From the NCBI GenBank assembly GCA_963976765.1, contig CAXBME010000033.1:62001-92701 (forward strand): DNA of 30,701 nucleotides, given 5' to 3'. Origin of the DNA: an uncultured Planctomycetaceae bacterium (GTDB lineage Bacteria > Planctomycetota > Planctomycetia > Planctomycetales > Planctomycetaceae). A program made the translations under genes and the position numbers. Below are positions 1 through 10,449 of this stretch, one piece after another; the first letter of the stretch is position 1, and each line of letters begins with the position of its first letter. Below the pieces are notes generated by a model that ran no database searches, was not told where the DNA came from, and saw nothing but the letters and a program-made list of their open reading frames with translations.

Positions 1-80
1 ACGGGAACGGTGGACACCGCAGCGCACTATAGTAGTAAGGCTTCCAGGCCACTCTGCTTTGGAACGAGGACTTAAACACG

Positions 81-1847
81 TTGACTGCCGATCCGACGAA
101 CGTACTGATGACGAATCAGCAAACAGGCTTTGTCCGCACAATTTCCGGACCGCTGGTTGTGTCGGTGCTGACTCTGGTCGCCGTTCTGACGACGCTGGAT
201 CCGGCTGACTACCGACCAGGTCTTCCGCCGGGGCCAGGGATCACGCTCGACGAGTCTTTCAATGTTCAAATGGGCGTTTACCTGGTCGAAAGTCTGAAGA
301 GCTATGGCCTGGGAATTCTCGATCCGCAAAGTCTCGATGAAGTCTTTGGAAACCCCGCCTACAACCCCGATCATCCTCCGTTGGGGCGTTTGTGGCTGGG
401 AGTCTTTCACGAATTATCGCGAGCGGTTGCCCCCGTCGACAGTGGTGACAACCCATTCGTCACGATTCATGCGCGAACCGGTTCGGCCTTTGCTTTTGCG
501 CTGACGATATTTCTGATCGGGGCGTTCGCGACTCGGCGCTGGGGACAGCTTGCTGGTCTGACATCGGCGGTCAGCCTGGCGGTGATGCCACGGCTGTTCG
601 GGCACGCGCATCTGGCATCGCTCGAAACATTCATGGGGCTAACCTGGACAATCGCGACTCTGGGAGTCATTCAGATCTGGAGCCGACACGACAAATTGGA
701 AGACGGTGTTGACTCCAGCTCCAAACAGAAAGTCCCCCAGCAAGGTCATCCGCCAGGCGATAAAGCGGCTGCTCTTGGCGGGTTGCTGATCGGCCTGGCG
801 CTGCTGACGAAAATACAGGCGATCCTGCTGCCTCCGCTGGTAGCCATGTGGGCATTCTGGCATTGGCGGCTGTCCGCGTTGCGACCGCTCGCCGTCAGCG
901 GAGTCGCAACGGTGGTCGTATTCGTGGCCGGGTGGCCGTGGCTGTGGACCGATCTTTCCGGACATCTGATTGAGTACTTTGGACGAACGACAGACCGAGT
1001 TTCTTTGAACGTCTGGTACGTCGGGCGGGTCTTCAAAGACGTGGACGCTCCGTGGCATTACCCGTGGGTGATGACGCTGGTCACAATCCCGGCTGGCGTT
1101 CTGCTACTGGCTGGGGCTGGTCTGTGGGGGGCACGACGCCGGCTCATCAACGACCCGTCGGTCAGCCTTATTGCTGGATCGGTCTTTGCGCCGCTGGTTC
1201 TGTTTTCGCTGCCTGGTGTCGCTGTTTACGACGGCGCGAGACTTTTTCTCGTCGCGTTTCCAGGCCTCGCCTTGCTGTCTGGTCTCGGAATGTCGCGGTT
1301 TCGAGGCTGGCTTGTCGCGAGAGGGTGGCCTCACAAGTTGATTCCTGAGATTCTTCTGGCAGCCCAGCTTGTCGGCATTGTGACCACAACTCCGTACAGC
1401 CTGAGCTACTACAACGTTGCCATCGGTGGCACTTCCGGAGCGGAATGTCTGGGCTTTGAAGTGAGCTACTGGGGCGACAGCTTTTCTCGCCGTTTCATGG
1501 CCAGGCTGGTGGATGCAGTTCCAGACGGCACCATCGTTCAGGTGGCTCCCGTGCTTCATCAGTTCCAACTGGCAGAGATCGAACGCCAGGTGCCGATTCT
1601 GGCGAAAGGGCAATCTCCGACTGGCCGTCGCGTCAGGCTTGTCGCGGCTGAGCAGCCACTCGCTACCGATCGTGATCGGCCTCTGCGGGCAGCCCCAGGC
1701 AGCTCATCGGCTCCGACAGAATACCTTGCAGTGTTTCACCGCCGAGCCGATGCTCCATCGCCAGTTCTTCTTGAAAAGGCTGGATGGAAAATGGTCAGTT
1801 CTGAATCGTGCCAGGGCGTGATTGTGGCGTCACTCTGGCGGCGTTGA
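81..1847 (+). CDS. Polytopic membrane glycosyltransferase, GT-C fold (ArnT / PMT_2, GT39/GT83-like)
   Basis: 588-aa ORF with many hydrophobic segments; N-terminal loop motifs TLDESFN and DHPPL are typical of ArnT/PMT-like enzymes. GAGGA lies upstream of TTG 81; ATG 108 is an alternative start. Confidence 0.75.
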   Translation: MTADPTNVLMTNQQTGFVRTISGPLVVSVLTLVAVLTTLDPADYRPGLPPGPGITLDESFNVQMGVYLVESLKSYGLGILDPQSLDEVFGNPAYNPDHPPLGRLWLGVFHELSRAVAPVDSGDNPFVTIHARTGSAFAFALTIFLIGAFATRRWGQLAGLTSAVSLAVMPRLFGHAHLASLETFMGLTWTIATLGVIQIWSRHDKLEDGVDSSSKQKVPQQGHPPGDKAAALGGLLIGLALLTKIQAILLPPLVAMWAFWHWRLSALRPLAVSGVATVVVFVAGWPWLWTDLSGHLIEYFGRTTDRVSLNVWYVGRVFKDVDAPWHYPWVMTLVTIPAGVLLLAGAGLWGARRRLINDPSVSLIAGSVFAPLVLFSLPGVAVYDGARLFLVAFPGLALLSGLGMSRFRGWLVARGWPHKLIPEILLAAQLVGIVTTTPYSLSYYNVAIGGTSGAECLGFEVSYWGDSFSRRFMARLVDAVPDGTIVQVAPVLHQFQLAEIERQVPILAKGQSPTGRRVRLVAAEQPLATDRDRPLRAAPGSSSAPTEYLAVFHRRADAPSPVLLEKAGWKMVSSESCQGVIVASLWRR

Positions 1848-4826
1848 AACAGTTCCGCTGCCCGTTGATGTGGCCTTGGGAGCCTGACTGTCCGACGAGG
1901 CGTCTGGCACGCTGGACGCGGAAGTCGGTGCGGATTTTGTCTTTGCCGGTGCGGTGCTCGGGGCAGGTTTTGGAGCGATCGTCAGTGGCAACTCGGCAAG
2001 ATCGGCACCAGCGTCGCTGCCGTCAGTCGACCCTTGAATCGCCGGATTGAGTTCCGCCAGTCCAGGTCCAAGTTGCCAGATAGCTGGTGTCGGTCGGCCA
2101 ATGAATTCCGCTCTGTCGAACGGGCGTTCGATCATCCAGTCGATCGCCAGATTTTTTGACCCCACGTTGCCATTGTTCTGCCAGAGGGTTTGCCAGTCAT
2201 CCCATGAAAGTGATTCGTCTGACGCTTCGAGAGACCAGAAGACCGGCACCGCATCGAAGAAGTTTCGCTCGCCTCGCCAGACGAGCATTCGCCGTGCATC
2301 TTCGGCAGCAATCGCGACTTCAGAAACGACAAGCGGTGAGGCCTCCGTCAATGAGATAATGCTGTTCCTGACTCGGCACCCAATGGTCGGTACGTCGACG
2401 GTGACAGGGCCAGCGAGACGCAGGAATGATCCGGAAAGTCGTGCCGAAAGATGCTCAGCGGTGAAGTCAATTTGCGATCGGTTTGCGGCAGGCATCGCCA
2501 GCGGCTGAATCTGGAAGAAGTCTCCAGCCAGGCCCGCCGCGCAGTTCTCCATCGAAACGCTGACCTGCCCCGGCCAGGCAATGTTTGCAAAACTCGAACG
2601 CCCGTAGAAGACGCTGTCGGTTGCCTGAATACCTAACTCTTCGGGCTGGATAGCGACCGGAGTATTTGGCATGTCAGCAGGCATGCGTGCGAAGTCTGAG
2701 GCGACGTCCAGAATTGAAGCCGGTGCGTTCGCCGGATTCACCACGGTAATCGCCACTCGATCCATCGAGAGCAGCCCTGACCGTGACGTTCCAAACAATG
2801 AATACCGTTCGGCGGATGGCCGGGCAGGAATCGTCATTTGAAGGTTCACGTTGACCAGTCTCAATGGCCCGTTACTCAGCGTGATCATTCGGGCTGTTGA
2901 ATCTGTTGAGTCGATCTCGGAAGGCACAAATTCGATCGTTGGGGTGTGTCCTCTGGCCGCGCGAATGGTGAGGTTTTTCCGGGTTACGCGGAACGATTTC
3001 TCAACAAGCCTGTTGGAGAATTGCAGCTCGATCGTGCTGCCGTCTTCTGCCGCGGCGCAGGCAGCTTCGAGCGTTCGATAATGGCGATAAAGCGAGGCGT
3101 CTTCGGAAAACAGAGCAACCGGAGAAACGTCGTCCGTGACCGTTGCAACAGCTGGTGGATTTCCTGGCGGCACGATCGGAGTTGCAGTGTCTGGCTCTGA
3201 AGACTCGACAGTTCGAGGTGGCCTGGTCGCTGGCGGAGTATCACCCTTGCTGTTCTCTGTCAGAATTTTTGACATGTCCGGGATCAGTTCGCCCGGGGTA
3301 ATGGGGATCTCGTCAGGCCGGCTTAGAGGTGAAACAGGTAAGGTGCCGACCGAGTTTGAGTTCGCGGCAATCAGAGTATCGTCAGACTCGATCTCCGCTG
3401 CCGGGCCGGTTTCCCTGGGAGTTCCTCGATCGATGATCGTTTTGTCTGGCGTCGCCGCCGCAGTTGACCCGGTCAGATTTCCGGCTGGTTCTGCAGATGC
3501 GATGTTTGTGCTGGCCTCAGATTTTTCGGGCAATCGATCATGGCGAATCTGTTGCTGCGGAGGGATCCCCGCCATGCGTAGACCGAGCTCTGGAAACTGT
3601 TGAAGAATTCCGACGACGCCCAGCAGAACAGCAACGGTCGCCAGCCAACCGGCGTTGCCAGCCAGCCAACTCGTTGTGGCCGACTTTGACGCTACCCAGA
3701 CCAGCCCTTCGGGGTTCATGCCGCGTAGTCCAAGCTGGCCGGCTGCTTGAGTCAGATCTCGAATCAACTGATCGGCGTTCTGATGCCGGTTATTGCGATC
3801 GCTGTTCATCATGCGTCGTACGATGGCCGAGACAAATTCCGGGATGCGGCGGTTGATGGCTGCCGGGTCCGGAGCGTCCTTTCCCTGATGGTCGAGCAGT
3901 TTCTGAAGTACGGTGCCTTCCGGATAAGGCGGCTGCCCGGTCAACATGTGATACAGGGTGCAACCGAGCGAATAGATGTCAGACCGAACATCGACCGAAC
4001 GTGGATCTTTCGCCTGCTCGGGCGAGATGTAATCGAACGTGCCGAGCGTAGTGCCAGGCAACGTCAGGTCTCCCTGAGATTCTGTGGTGTCGTTTCTCGC
4101 AAGGCCAAGATCGACCAGTTTCGCGCGACCGCTCGGTGTAATGATGATATTGGATGGCTTGATGTCACGATGCACAACGCCCATTGCCGACGTGTGTTTC
4201 AGCGCGGCAGCGATCTGCAGTGCGTAGTTGATCGAGTCGGCTACCGAAATGTGATGCTGGCGTCGGATCAACTCGCGTATCGTTGAGCCGGTGACATACT
4301 CAAACGCAATGAAGTGCAGCCCTCGCTCTTCGCCGATGTAGTGAACACGGGCGACGTTTTCATGATCGAGTCGAGCGGCGGCTCGGGCTTCGTTCTGAAA
4401 CCGCTTCACCGACCCTTCATCGTAAGACTGTGAAGGAGCCAGCAGCTTCAACGCGACCATACGTTGCAGGCGAGTGTCGACGGCGCGAAAGACCGCTCCC
4501 ATGCCTCCCATGCCGATGCGTTCTTCAACTCGGAAATGATCCAGCTCGATGCCGCCAGGGCTGAGGGTCCCGATGCTCGATCCAGAACTCTGCTGCGACG
4601 GGAATAAGCGATTGACGATTTCGCTGGGCGGTGATTCTCCAGCGGGCGGCGGCAGCATTGACTGGGGGCCGGCCTTGTTGATGACCGTTTCCAAGCCGGA
4701 CAGGCGAGGCAAATGCGCATCGCTATCGACCGCCGACAATGGCGGCACGGGGCGGGAATCCCGATCTGATTCCGGAACAGCCAGGCCGCTTTCGGAACTT
4801 ATGGATGATTGTTCGGTGGCAGACAT
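1830..4826 (-). CDS. Hanks-type Ser/Thr protein kinase with TM helix, Pro/Thr-rich linker and large C-terminal probably beta-helix-like domain
   Basis: Kinase motifs IGMGGMGAVF, VALK, HRDIKPSN, DLGLA and GTFDYISPEQ; TM segment WLATVAVLLGVVGIL; C-terminal YRTLEAACAAAEDGSTIEL...NLTIRA resembles the start of parallel beta-helix domains. Confidence 0.9.
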   Translation of the reverse strand: MSATEQSSISSESGLAVPESDRDSRPVPPLSAVDSDAHLPRLSGLETVINKAGPQSMLPPPAGESPPSEIVNRLFPSQQSSGSSIGTLSPGGIELDHFRVEERIGMGGMGAVFRAVDTRLQRMVALKLLAPSQSYDEGSVKRFQNEARAAARLDHENVARVHYIGEERGLHFIAFEYVTGSTIRELIRRQHHISVADSINYALQIAAALKHTSAMGVVHRDIKPSNIIITPSGRAKLVDLGLARNDTTESQGDLTLPGTTLGTFDYISPEQAKDPRSVDVRSDIYSLGCTLYHMLTGQPPYPEGTVLQKLLDHQGKDAPDPAAINRRIPEFVSAIVRRMMNSDRNNRHQNADQLIRDLTQAAGQLGLRGMNPEGLVWVASKSATTSWLAGNAGWLATVAVLLGVVGILQQFPELGLRMAGIPPQQQIRHDRLPEKSEASTNIASAEPAGNLTGSTAAATPDKTIIDRGTPRETGPAAEIESDDTLIAANSNSVGTLPVSPLSRPDEIPITPGELIPDMSKILTENSKGDTPPATRPPRTVESSEPDTATPIVPPGNPPAVATVTDDVSPVALFSEDASLYRHYRTLEAACAAAEDGSTIELQFSNRLVEKSFRVTRKNLTIRAARGHTPTIEFVPSEIDSTDSTARMITLSNGPLRLVNVNLQMTIPARPSAERYSLFGTSRSGLLSMDRVAITVVNPANAPASILDVASDFARMPADMPNTPVAIQPEELGIQATDSVFYGRSSFANIAWPGQVSVSMENCAAGLAGDFFQIQPLAMPAANRSQIDFTAEHLSARLSGSFLRLAGPVTVDVPTIGCRVRNSIISLTEASPLVVSEVAIAAEDARRMLVWRGERNFFDAVPVFWSLEASDESLSWDDWQTLWQNNGNVGSKNLAIDWMIERPFDRAEFIGRPTPAIWQLGPGLAELNPAIQGSTDGSDAGADLAELPLTIAPKPAPSTAPAKTKSAPTSASSVPDASSDSQAPKATSTGSGTVSTPPE

Positions 4827-5011
4827 CAGGACCGCCAGATTTCGCGAATGCGAAGGGTGAAGTGAGTTGCTGCCGCAAAGTATCGGTTTGACCGGATACT
4901 GCGATGTAAAGTTCGAGAAAATTCTCAGTTCGACCTGTAGATGGTCAATTTTTGCATCGAGGTCTCGTCACGTCAGTATGTGAAAAATAGATAAACCTGT
5001 TGTTTTTCTTG

Positions 5012-5311
5012 TTATTCGCCATCCGAGCCACCGATCGATTGATCAATGGTTTCCAGATGGTGTCGCATTTTCTGAAAGAGTTCTTCAGCAAATTCCTGAC
5101 TTTCCAGAAGCCTTGCGACCTGGCTTCTGACGGTCACATCCTGAACGCCCGCTCCGGAAGTATTGAAAGGGGAATCAGGTTTGACGAGCTGATGAACTTC
5201 GCTGGATCGCGGAACAAGATTCTGTTCGAGATGGTCGATCAGTTCGTGCGCCAACCGCTCCGCCTCCTTGCAGACACTATGCAAGGGAACGTCTCTCAGT
5301 GATTCGTTCAT
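5012..5311 (-). CDS. Hypothetical helical protein (99 aa)
   Basis: GAGGA RBS just upstream of ATG 5311; amphipathic helical sequence; fills the intergenic gap. Confidence 0.6.
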   Translation of the reverse strand: MNESLRDVPLHSVCKEAERLAHELIDHLEQNLVPRSSEVHQLVKPDSPFNTSGAGVQDVTVRSQVARLLESQEFAEELFQKMRHHLETIDQSIGGSDGE

Positions 5312-5763
5312 GGGTTCCTCAATGTGACCCTGTGACCCTGAAGAATTACGCCGACCATCTAACTTACTATTAGATCGCTCTTTACAACGAATCGTCAAGC
5401 GCGGTTTGCGAGTTTGGGCTAACTCCGTCGCGATTCGCGTCTGTGTTATTCCGGTCGGACCGTTGCTGACCTGTCGAGTCGCTGCAATCGTCAGTTCATG
5501 AGGAAACTCGACGCAGGACAGCGTCGTGCCTGGTTTTGCCTCCGAGACAGCATCCTGCCAAAGCGGTCGTGACCTCTCGTCGGCTTGTGACGGCGGTGTC
5601 GCCGAGGTTGTCGTTTCTGATCAGCCAGGACATGCCGGTCGATAAGTTGAACGGGCCGCATTTCGAAGCAGCGGCTTCGCAGGAAGGCAATATCAGTCAG
5701 GATGAGATTCCAGGCAGGGCGGAACGCGTCGCGAGACAACATCGCGACCGGAAGGGTACGACG

Positions 5764-7833
5764 ATGCAGAATCCACTCCGGAACCTGGCGATCCGCACCA
5801 GGCTGATTCTCCTCGCCACGGCTTCGAGTTGCGTGGCGATCGCGATTGCCAGTGCCGGCTTCAGCTATTTCGACACGCAAACTCTCCAGGACGCGTTGAT
5901 CGCCCAAACGGCTTCCGACGCCGAACTGCTAGCATTCAGTGGGGCCAACTCGTTGCTGGCTGGCGATGAAGCCGCCGCCGAAGAATTGCTGAGATCGCTG
6001 AGTCGGCAGCCCGACATCCGAGTCGGGATGATGGCCGATCCTCAGGGTGAGATACTCGCCACTTATCCCCCCATTCCGGAGACAGAACGGAAATCGATCA
6101 GCGAGGCAGCTCGCCGAAGATTGTTAAGCGTGTCGGACGAGTTCGACAGCTATCACTCGGCACGTTATCGATTCGTCCAGGACGGCAGTCTGGAGCTGAT
6201 CCAGCCCGTGATCGTTTCAAATGAGATTGTCGGGAGGGTCTACCTTCAGGCCAGTCGCGAAGGTCTGCACCGAAAGATCGCTCACTATCGCTGGATCGTT
6301 GCGGCGGTCGTTTTCATGTCGTTGTTCTCAGCCGTTTTGTTCGCCGTTCTTGTGCAGCGTCGAGTATCGGATCCCTTGTTGTCGCTTGCTGAAATGGCTC
6401 GACGGATTTCTCACGAGGACAACTACACGCTGCGGATGCGAGGTCATGCTGGCGGAGAGATTGAGATTCTGTTTGAGGCGTTCAATCGAATGCTCGATCA
6501 GATTCAGCAATCGAAATACGCGCTGGCGCAGGCAAACGACGAACTGGAGGAACGAGTCGTTCATCGAACCGAACAGGTGGCCAAAGCACGCGACGCTGCC
6601 GAAGCTGCTAATCAGGCCAAGAGCGAATTTCTGGCCAACATGAGCCACGAAATCCGTACCCCGCTGAATGCCGTTCTGGGTTTCGCGGAACTTCTTCGCA
6701 ATAATTCCAGCGACATCACGGACGAGGATCGTGAAGAGTATCTCGACACAATCCACACCAGCGGCAAGCATCTGCTGCAACTGATTAATGACATCCTTGA
6801 TCTTTCGCGAGTCGAAGCCGGGTATCTCGAAGTTGAGCTGCGGGAATGCTCGCCGCGATCGCTCATCGAGGAAGTCATTTCTCTGCTGAGTATCCGAGCG
6901 AAAGAACGCGATCTGGAACTCAACTATTACTGGATTGGCCGCCAGCCCGAATCTATCCAGACGGACGAACATCGGCTTCGTCAACTGCTGATGAATCTTG
7001 TTGGAAATGCAGTCAAGTTTACGTCAGCCGGACGCGTTGACATTCTCGCGGAACTGGAACGCGTCGAACGGTCAGAATCCGATAACGGAGCTGGCACTGA
7101 CGAATACTGTCTCCGCATTGCCGTGATCGATACGGGGATCGGCATCGATTCGGAGCGGTTGGGGCATATCTTCGAGCCGTTCAGCCAGGCCGACACATCG
7201 ATCACTCGTCGTTACGGCGGGACAGGTCTGGGCCTGGCAATTTCGCGTCGAGTCGCGGCGGCACTGGGCGGCAGCCTGGATGTCCGGAGCACGAAAGATG
7301 TCGGCAGCACATTCACCGCGCGAGTTGCCGCTCGCAACATCGTCTGGCAGGAAGCATGTGCAGAGCTGTCAAGCGTTGAGGATGCTGACTCAACGATCGG
7401 CGAAGTCTCGCTGGAAAAACTGCCGCGCAAAGTCCTGATTGTCGACGACGGTGAGACCAATCGGAAGCTGATTCGACTGATGCTTGAAAAGCGAGGGATC
7501 GAAACATCGGTCGCCACCAGTGGCCAGGAAGGTTTAACCGCAACTCTGAACGGTGACTTCGAGCTGGTGCTCATGGACATGCAGATGCCCGAGCTGGATG
7601 GAATCGCCGCGACGCGCGAACTTCGTAGCCGCGGAGTCGAAACTCCGATCGTGGCGCTGACTGCCAATGCGATGCGGATTGGTCGCCAGCTGTGCCTTGC
7701 CGCCGGCTGCAACGGCTATGTAACCAAGCCGATTCTCGGTCGAGAGCTGTTTACCGTGATGAGTGATGTTTACGCAGAGGCTGCTCGGGCAAAGAGTGCT
7801 GATTCAGTCAAAACCCTTCGGTTGTTCGGCTGA
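5764..7833 (+). CDS. Hybrid sensor histidine kinase (periplasmic sensor, HAMP, HisKA, HATPase, receiver)
   Basis: Two TM helices; H-box FLANMSHEIRTPLN; N box NLVGNAVKFT; G boxes DTGIGI and GGTGLGL; receiver motifs LIVDD, LMDMQMP and TKP. Start moved to ATG 5764, which has GAAGGG upstream. Confidence 0.92.
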   Translation: MQNPLRNLAIRTRLILLATASSCVAIAIASAGFSYFDTQTLQDALIAQTASDAELLAFSGANSLLAGDEAAAEELLRSLSRQPDIRVGMMADPQGEILATYPPIPETERKSISEAARRRLLSVSDEFDSYHSARYRFVQDGSLELIQPVIVSNEIVGRVYLQASREGLHRKIAHYRWIVAAVVFMSLFSAVLFAVLVQRRVSDPLLSLAEMARRISHEDNYTLRMRGHAGGEIEILFEAFNRMLDQIQQSKYALAQANDELEERVVHRTEQVAKARDAAEAANQAKSEFLANMSHEIRTPLNAVLGFAELLRNNSSDITDEDREEYLDTIHTSGKHLLQLINDILDLSRVEAGYLEVELRECSPRSLIEEVISLLSIRAKERDLELNYYWIGRQPESIQTDEHRLRQLLMNLVGNAVKFTSAGRVDILAELERVERSESDNGAGTDEYCLRIAVIDTGIGIDSERLGHIFEPFSQADTSITRRYGGTGLGLAISRRVAAALGGSLDVRSTKDVGSTFTARVAARNIVWQEACAELSSVEDADSTIGEVSLEKLPRKVLIVDDGETNRKLIRLMLEKRGIETSVATSGQEGLTATLNGDFELVLMDMQMPELDGIAATRELRSRGVETPIVALTANAMRIGRQLCLAAGCNGYVTKPILGRELFTVMSDVYAEAARAKSADSVKTLRLFG

Positions 7834-8032
7834 ATCCCTCCGTGTCGTAATTCCAAAGGGTGAAACAGCATACAGCGTTCCCCTCACTCTGATTTTTTTT
7901 GGCCGACAGGCAGCCTTTCAGCTCTCACGCGACCTACGTTCAGGCATTCGTTCGGACCATCTGCCCCGAGAGGAACCGGCCACTCTGTGAGTCAGCCATT
8001 GCGCAGAATCGCGTCCGAATGTCCACAAGTCG

Positions 8033-9355
8033 GTGGAATCATCGGAAAAGATTATGGTAGTGGAAACTTGCGACACAACATTGATACGCAGCCATCACCC
8101 GGCTCGAATGGTCCGGGCCGACGCTGTCCATACAGCGATCGTTGATGGTCGGATCGCGTTTGGTGCCGACCTGGCAAACGGTGACCTGCTTGAATCGACG
8201 TTACCGGATCCGGGGGCAATCTCGGCCAAAGATCTGCTCGACTCGCGGATCATGATCGTCGATGACGAAGTGGTAAACGTTCGCGTTGTGCACAAGCAGC
8301 TCGAACGGCTTGGCTATCAGAATCTGACTCGTACGACAGATTCGACACAGGTTCTAAGACAGCTTCGTCAGAAACAGCCGGACTTGCTTCTGCTCGATGT
8401 CATGATGCCTGAGGTCAGTGGATTTGCCATTCTGGAAGCCATGCAGTCAGATGACGACCTGCGATCAATTCCTGTGCTTGTCCTGACAGCAATGTCGGAC
8501 CGCAAGACTCGCGTAACGGCGCTGGAACTCGGTGCAAGCGACTTTCTCGAAAAGCCGATTGATCAGGCGGAGCTGGCACCACGAGTTCGCAACGCGCTGA
8601 TGATCCGGGCCTGCCAGAAGCAGCTCCGATCTTACGCCGACGACCTGCGAACAGCCGTACGGGAACGAACGCGTCAACTGTCGCGGTCTCGACTGGAAGT
8701 CGTGCACTGTCTGGCGCGAGCGGCGGAGTTTCGTGACGACGACACCGGGCAGCATGTTGTCCGGGTCGGACACTTTGCGAAGCTAATCGCTCACCACGCT
8801 GGTCTGCCGCAGCCGTTCGTCGACATGATCGGATTCGCTGCTCAGTTGCACGATGTCGGGAAGATCGGAATCCCAGACTCAATTCTGCAAAAGCCAGGCC
8901 CGTTGACGGATGAAGAATTCGACTTCATGCGTCGCCACTGCGACATGGGAAATCGAGTTCTGTCCGCATCACACGTCAGCGACCGGGTTCTTTTTGGAAA
9001 AGACGATTCTGAATTCAACGATTTATCATCGCCGGAAGAGACCTGGGTGTCGCCCGTGTCAGGAATGGCGGCCTCAATTGCCATGACTCATCATGAAAAA
9101 TGGGACGGCTCCGGGTACCCGAATGGTCTGTCAGGAAAAGACATCCCGATCGAGGGACGGATCACTGCCATCGCCGACGTCTTCGACGCACTGAGTTCAA
9201 AGCGGCCCTACAAAGAGGCGTACCCGATTGAACGGTGCTTCGAGATTTTGAGAGAAGGTCGCGGCAAGCACTTTGATCCGGAATTGCTGGACGTGTTTCT
9301 GTCGCGTCGTGCCGACATCGAGCGGATTCAGTTCGAGAATCGAGAAGACGTATGA
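8033..9355 (+). CDS. Response regulator with HD-GYP c-di-GMP phosphodiesterase domain (RpfG-like)
   Basis: REC motifs IMIVDD, LLDVMMP and EKP, then LHDVGK, HHEKWDGSGYP and IADVFDAL. Start uncertain (8033 or 8054). Confidence 0.92.
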   Translation: MESSEKIMVVETCDTTLIRSHHPARMVRADAVHTAIVDGRIAFGADLANGDLLESTLPDPGAISAKDLLDSRIMIVDDEVVNVRVVHKQLERLGYQNLTRTTDSTQVLRQLRQKQPDLLLLDVMMPEVSGFAILEAMQSDDDLRSIPVLVLTAMSDRKTRVTALELGASDFLEKPIDQAELAPRVRNALMIRACQKQLRSYADDLRTAVRERTRQLSRSRLEVVHCLARAAEFRDDDTGQHVVRVGHFAKLIAHHAGLPQPFVDMIGFAAQLHDVGKIGIPDSILQKPGPLTDEEFDFMRRHCDMGNRVLSASHVSDRVLFGKDDSEFNDLSSPEETWVSPVSGMAASIAMTHHEKWDGSGYPNGLSGKDIPIEGRITAIADVFDALSSKRPYKEAYPIERCFEILREGRGKHFDPELLDVFLSRRADIERIQFENREDV

Positions 9356-10362
9356 AACTCTATAATGGCGAACTGACCGTACGGAATGAGCAGGCTGATT
9401 CGACGGTCGCCATTCGGTCTGGTACGACCCTGGCTGAAGTCGTGGAGCAGGCCGACCTGTACGAAGTTCCGTACATGCTCGTGCTGGATGACAGCGGCGG
9501 GCTGTTGGGAATCGCATCGTCGAAGGAAGTGCTTGATCGAACGCTGCGAAGCAATCTTCGTGAACGGGAACGCTGGCTCGAAATGCCTGTTGACTCCGTC
9601 ATGTTGCCGATGCAGGACCTCTGTACGCAACGACCTGCAAGTGGCTCATTCTTTTCACTGAAGTCACAAACGACCATCCATTGCACCCCGATCGTGGACA
9701 ACGATCGGGTCGTGGCTGTTATCAACGGCAATGATCTGCTCGTCAGCTATCAGGGCGTCGAGGCCCTGTTGCTGCGTGCGATGGCTGATCCAGTAACAGG
9801 CCTGCCGACGCGATCGGTTTTTCTGCGACGTCTGGACGACGAATGGAAACGAGCGCTCGCGACGGGTGAGTCGGTCGCAGTCATTCTGATTGACGTCGAC
9901 CATTTCAAAGAAGTCAACGACCGATGCGGTCACCATGTCGGCGATGCGGTGCTGCACATGGTCGGTTCGTGCCTGCGTCGGAGCCTCAGGTCGTACGACG
10001 TCGTGGCTCGTTACGGCGGCGACGAATTTGCGGCGATCTGCTTCGGTTGTCGACTGGGTGAAATTGACATCCCGCTCAAACGCCTGCAAAGCGAAATCAG
10101 CAAACTGTCGATTCCGGCTGACATCGGGATTCATGGAATCACCTTGTCGCTGGGTGCCGTCGTGATTCATACAGCGCACCCGGAATGGCAGCCGAATGAG
10201 CTGATCGAAGCTGCCGACAAATGCCTGTATCGCGCGAAAGACGTTGGTCGGGCTTGTGCCTGGCGGACAGAAATTACCACGCCGCGAGCGGAAGCGATTC
10301 TCGATCCAGTCGAGGTTGCCTCGTCATGCCAGACAAGACCGCAGCCGATTGACAGCAATTGA
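9352..10362 (+). CDS. Diguanylate cyclase (GGDEF) with CBS-like N-terminal region
   Basis: DPVTGL, DVDHFKEVND and RSYDVVARYGGDEF (intact active site plus RxxD I-site); N-terminal MLVLDDSGGLLGI resembles CBS. ATGA overlap with the upstream gene. Confidence 0.9.
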   Translation: MKLYNGELTVRNEQADSTVAIRSGTTLAEVVEQADLYEVPYMLVLDDSGGLLGIASSKEVLDRTLRSNLRERERWLEMPVDSVMLPMQDLCTQRPASGSFFSLKSQTTIHCTPIVDNDRVVAVINGNDLLVSYQGVEALLLRAMADPVTGLPTRSVFLRRLDDEWKRALATGESVAVILIDVDHFKEVNDRCGHHVGDAVLHMVGSCLRRSLRSYDVVARYGGDEFAAICFGCRLGEIDIPLKRLQSEISKLSIPADIGIHGITLSLGAVVIHTAHPEWQPNELIEAADKCLYRAKDVGRACAWRTEITTPRAEAILDPVEVASSCQTRPQPIDSN

Positions 10363-10449
10363 GTGTCTGCAAGGCGAGTCGCGCACGAGTCAGGGCAATG
10401 ATGGATGCTGTGACTGAAGCTTCGTGCGAAAATTAAGAACTGATTCGAC

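Noticed and set aside
5536..5763. Upstream extensions given by the ORF track for the histidine kinase (also 14397, 18211, 22774, 22942, 27564 for other genes)
   Set aside because: Downstream starts have clear RBS motifs and coincide with the domain starts.
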